Part shown: positions 62,501 through 64,000 of the stretch, one piece after another
How positions within the stretch are numbered: position 1 is the stretch's first letter
Layout: the number at the start of each line of letters is the position of its first letter
From: Utricularia gibba
Lineage: Eukaryota; Plantae; Magnoliophyta
Reading direction: 5' to 3'
Length of the DNA: 64,000 nt
NCBI GenBank assembly: GCA_002189035.1
Contig: NEEC01000042.1
Location: 1 to 64,000 of the forward strand
Program-made: the position numbers and the translations under genes
The notes under the pieces: generated by a model
What the model saw: only the letters and a program-made list of their open reading frames with translations
The model's database searches: none
Told to the model about the DNA's origin: nothing

Positions 62501-64000
62501 TGCTTACATGGTTTTTCAAGGAACAACTTCTCCTTTAGTGGCGGCCAGTCTCGCTAGGAACTTGGTCCGGGCCCCTGATTCTTTATGGCTCAAGAGGACA
62601 AAAGGATGCAAATCGATGAATACAATGATGCATTTGTTTAAATTACGATATCACGTGCACCCTACATGATTTTTTCAACAACGTACTTTATACTTGAAGA
62701 GGCGGTCTTGGGGTGCACCTAGAACGGGACAAAGGTCAGGTTGGGCTTTGCCAGAGAGTTAGTTGTAGCCCGGCAAAGAAAGTGATGTATTTATTAACGT
62801 TCGGTTTTCGGGTTGCCTACATGGTTTTTCAAGGAAAAGCTTTTCGTTTTGTGGCGGCTGCTCTCGCTGGGAACTTTGTCCGGGCCCCCGATCCTATATG
62901 GCTCATGAGGTCAACCAGATGCAAATCGATGAAGACAAGCATGCTTTTTTTTAAATTACGATATCACGTGCACCCCACATGATTTTTTCAACAACTTACT
63001 TTATACTTGAGAAGGCGGTCTTGGGTGCACCAAGAACGGGACAAAGGTAAGGTTTGGCTTGGGCCGAAAGTAAGTTGTAGTCTTGCAAATAAAGTGATGT
63101 ATTTATTAACGTTCGGTTTTCGGAAGCTGCCTAAATGCTTTTTGAAAGAACATCTTCTCGTTTTTTGGCGGCCAGTCTCGCTGGGAACTTGGTCCTTGAC
63201 CCCGGTTCTATATCGTTCATGGGGTCAATCGGATGTAAATCGATGAAAAAAAATGATGCATTTGTTTAAATTACGATATCACGTGCACCCTACATGATTT
63301 TTTCAACAACTTACTTTATACTTGAGGAGGTGGTCTTGGGGGGCAAGAGGAACCGGACAAAGGTCAGCTTAGGCTTGGCCGAAAGTAAGTTGTAGCCCGG
63401 CAAAGAAAGTGATGTATTTATTAACATTCAGTTTTCGGGGCTGCCTACATGGTTTTTCAAGGAACATATTCTCGTTTTTTGGCGGCTAGTCTCATTGGGA
63501 ACCTGGTCCTAGACCCCGATTCTGTATGGCTCATGGGGTCAACCGGATGCAAATCGATGAATACAATGATGCATTTGTTTAAATTGCGATATCACGTGCA
63601 CCCTACATCATTTTTTCAACAACGTACTTTATACTTGAGGAGGTGGTCTTGGGGGGAGAGGAACCGGACAAAGGTTAGCATAGGCTTTGGTCGAAAGTAA
63701 GTTGTAGCCCGGCAAAGAAAAGTGATATATGTATTTACGTTCGGTTTTCGGGGATGCTTACATGGTTTTTCAAGGAACAGCTTCTCCTTTAGTGGCGGCC
63801 AGTCTCGCTAGGAACTTGGTCCGGGCCCCTGATTCTTTATGGCTCATGAGGTCAAAAGGATGCAAATCGATGAATACAATGATGCATTTGTTTAAATTAC
63901 GATATCACGTGCACTCCACATCATTTTTTCAACAACTTACTTATACTTGATGAGGTGGTCTTGGGAGGCAAGAGGAACCGGACAAAGGTCAGCTTAGGCT
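56562..64000. repeat. Satellite domain 3: 11-monomer higher-order repeat of ~3.38 kb (copies start at 56562, 59938 and, partially, 63324)
   Basis: Private markers repeat at ~3.38 kb: CTTTATGAGTGAG deletion junction (58436/61817), TTTTCAGTGTTGCC (~57925/~61300), ATCGACGAAA (~58045/~61422), GAGGTCAAAAGG (~57088/~60463/~63849). Confidence 0.9.

Larger units (their letters stand above)
8218..64000. repeat. Tandem satellite array, ~313-bp monomer, ~179 copies, probably centromeric or pericentromeric; runs off the window end
   Basis: GATATCACGTG at 8400, 8713, 9026, 9338, 9652, 9964 and onward (312-314-bp steps). The centromeric assignment is inferred from the CRM insertion and the ~156-bp subunit size. 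Confidence 0.97.

Noticed and set aside
8218-64000. More than 200 short ORFs (e.g. MVFQGTYSRF..., MHLERDKGQV..., up to 225 aa)
   Set aside because: They recur with the 313-bp period in several frames, are broken by random indels and have no recognisable domains. They are by-products of the satellite.
8218-64000. CRISPR-like array
   Set aside because: The whole unit repeats with no unique spacers, there are no cas genes, and the context is eukaryotic.
8218-64000. Satellite derived from the CRM element, rDNA/5S or tRNA
   Set aside because: No alignable similarity was seen by eye beyond the TGATG pentamer, and there is no proper Pol III A/B box or rRNA sequence. A BLAST search would be needed to exclude remote origins.

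Overview
Plant-type centromeric/pericentromeric DNA with no host genes. About 88% of the window is one head-to-tail tandem satellite (~313-bp monomer, roughly 180 copies, same orientation throughout; 1-884 and 8218-64000). It is interrupted by one minus-strand Ty3/gypsy LTR retrotransposon of the centromeric CRM clade (885-8217), with TGATG...CATCA LTR ends, a tRNA-Met PBS, a PPT, gag-PR-RT-RH-INT broken by small frameshifts, and an integrase tail (CR-motif-like GPMTRSK) encoded inside the LTR. Main observations: (1) a complete 603-bp solo LTR of the same family sits in inverted orientation inside the element's 3' LTR, with a clean AAAGA target-site duplication, about 31 nt downstream of a TATA box. 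This creates a ~1.2-kb interleaved inverted repeat that could yield hairpin or antisense RNA against the family. (2) The host element has no TSD and the satellite register jumps across it, suggesting a recombinant. (3) The 313-bp monomer is an old dimer of ~155-158-bp units. (4) The array has three variant domains with an ordered but variable higher-order pattern and a ~3.38-kb 11-mer HOR at the end. The many short ORFs in the satellite are artefacts of the repeat. All comparisons were done by eye; the species cannot be determined, and scattered indels suggest some sequencing or consensus error.
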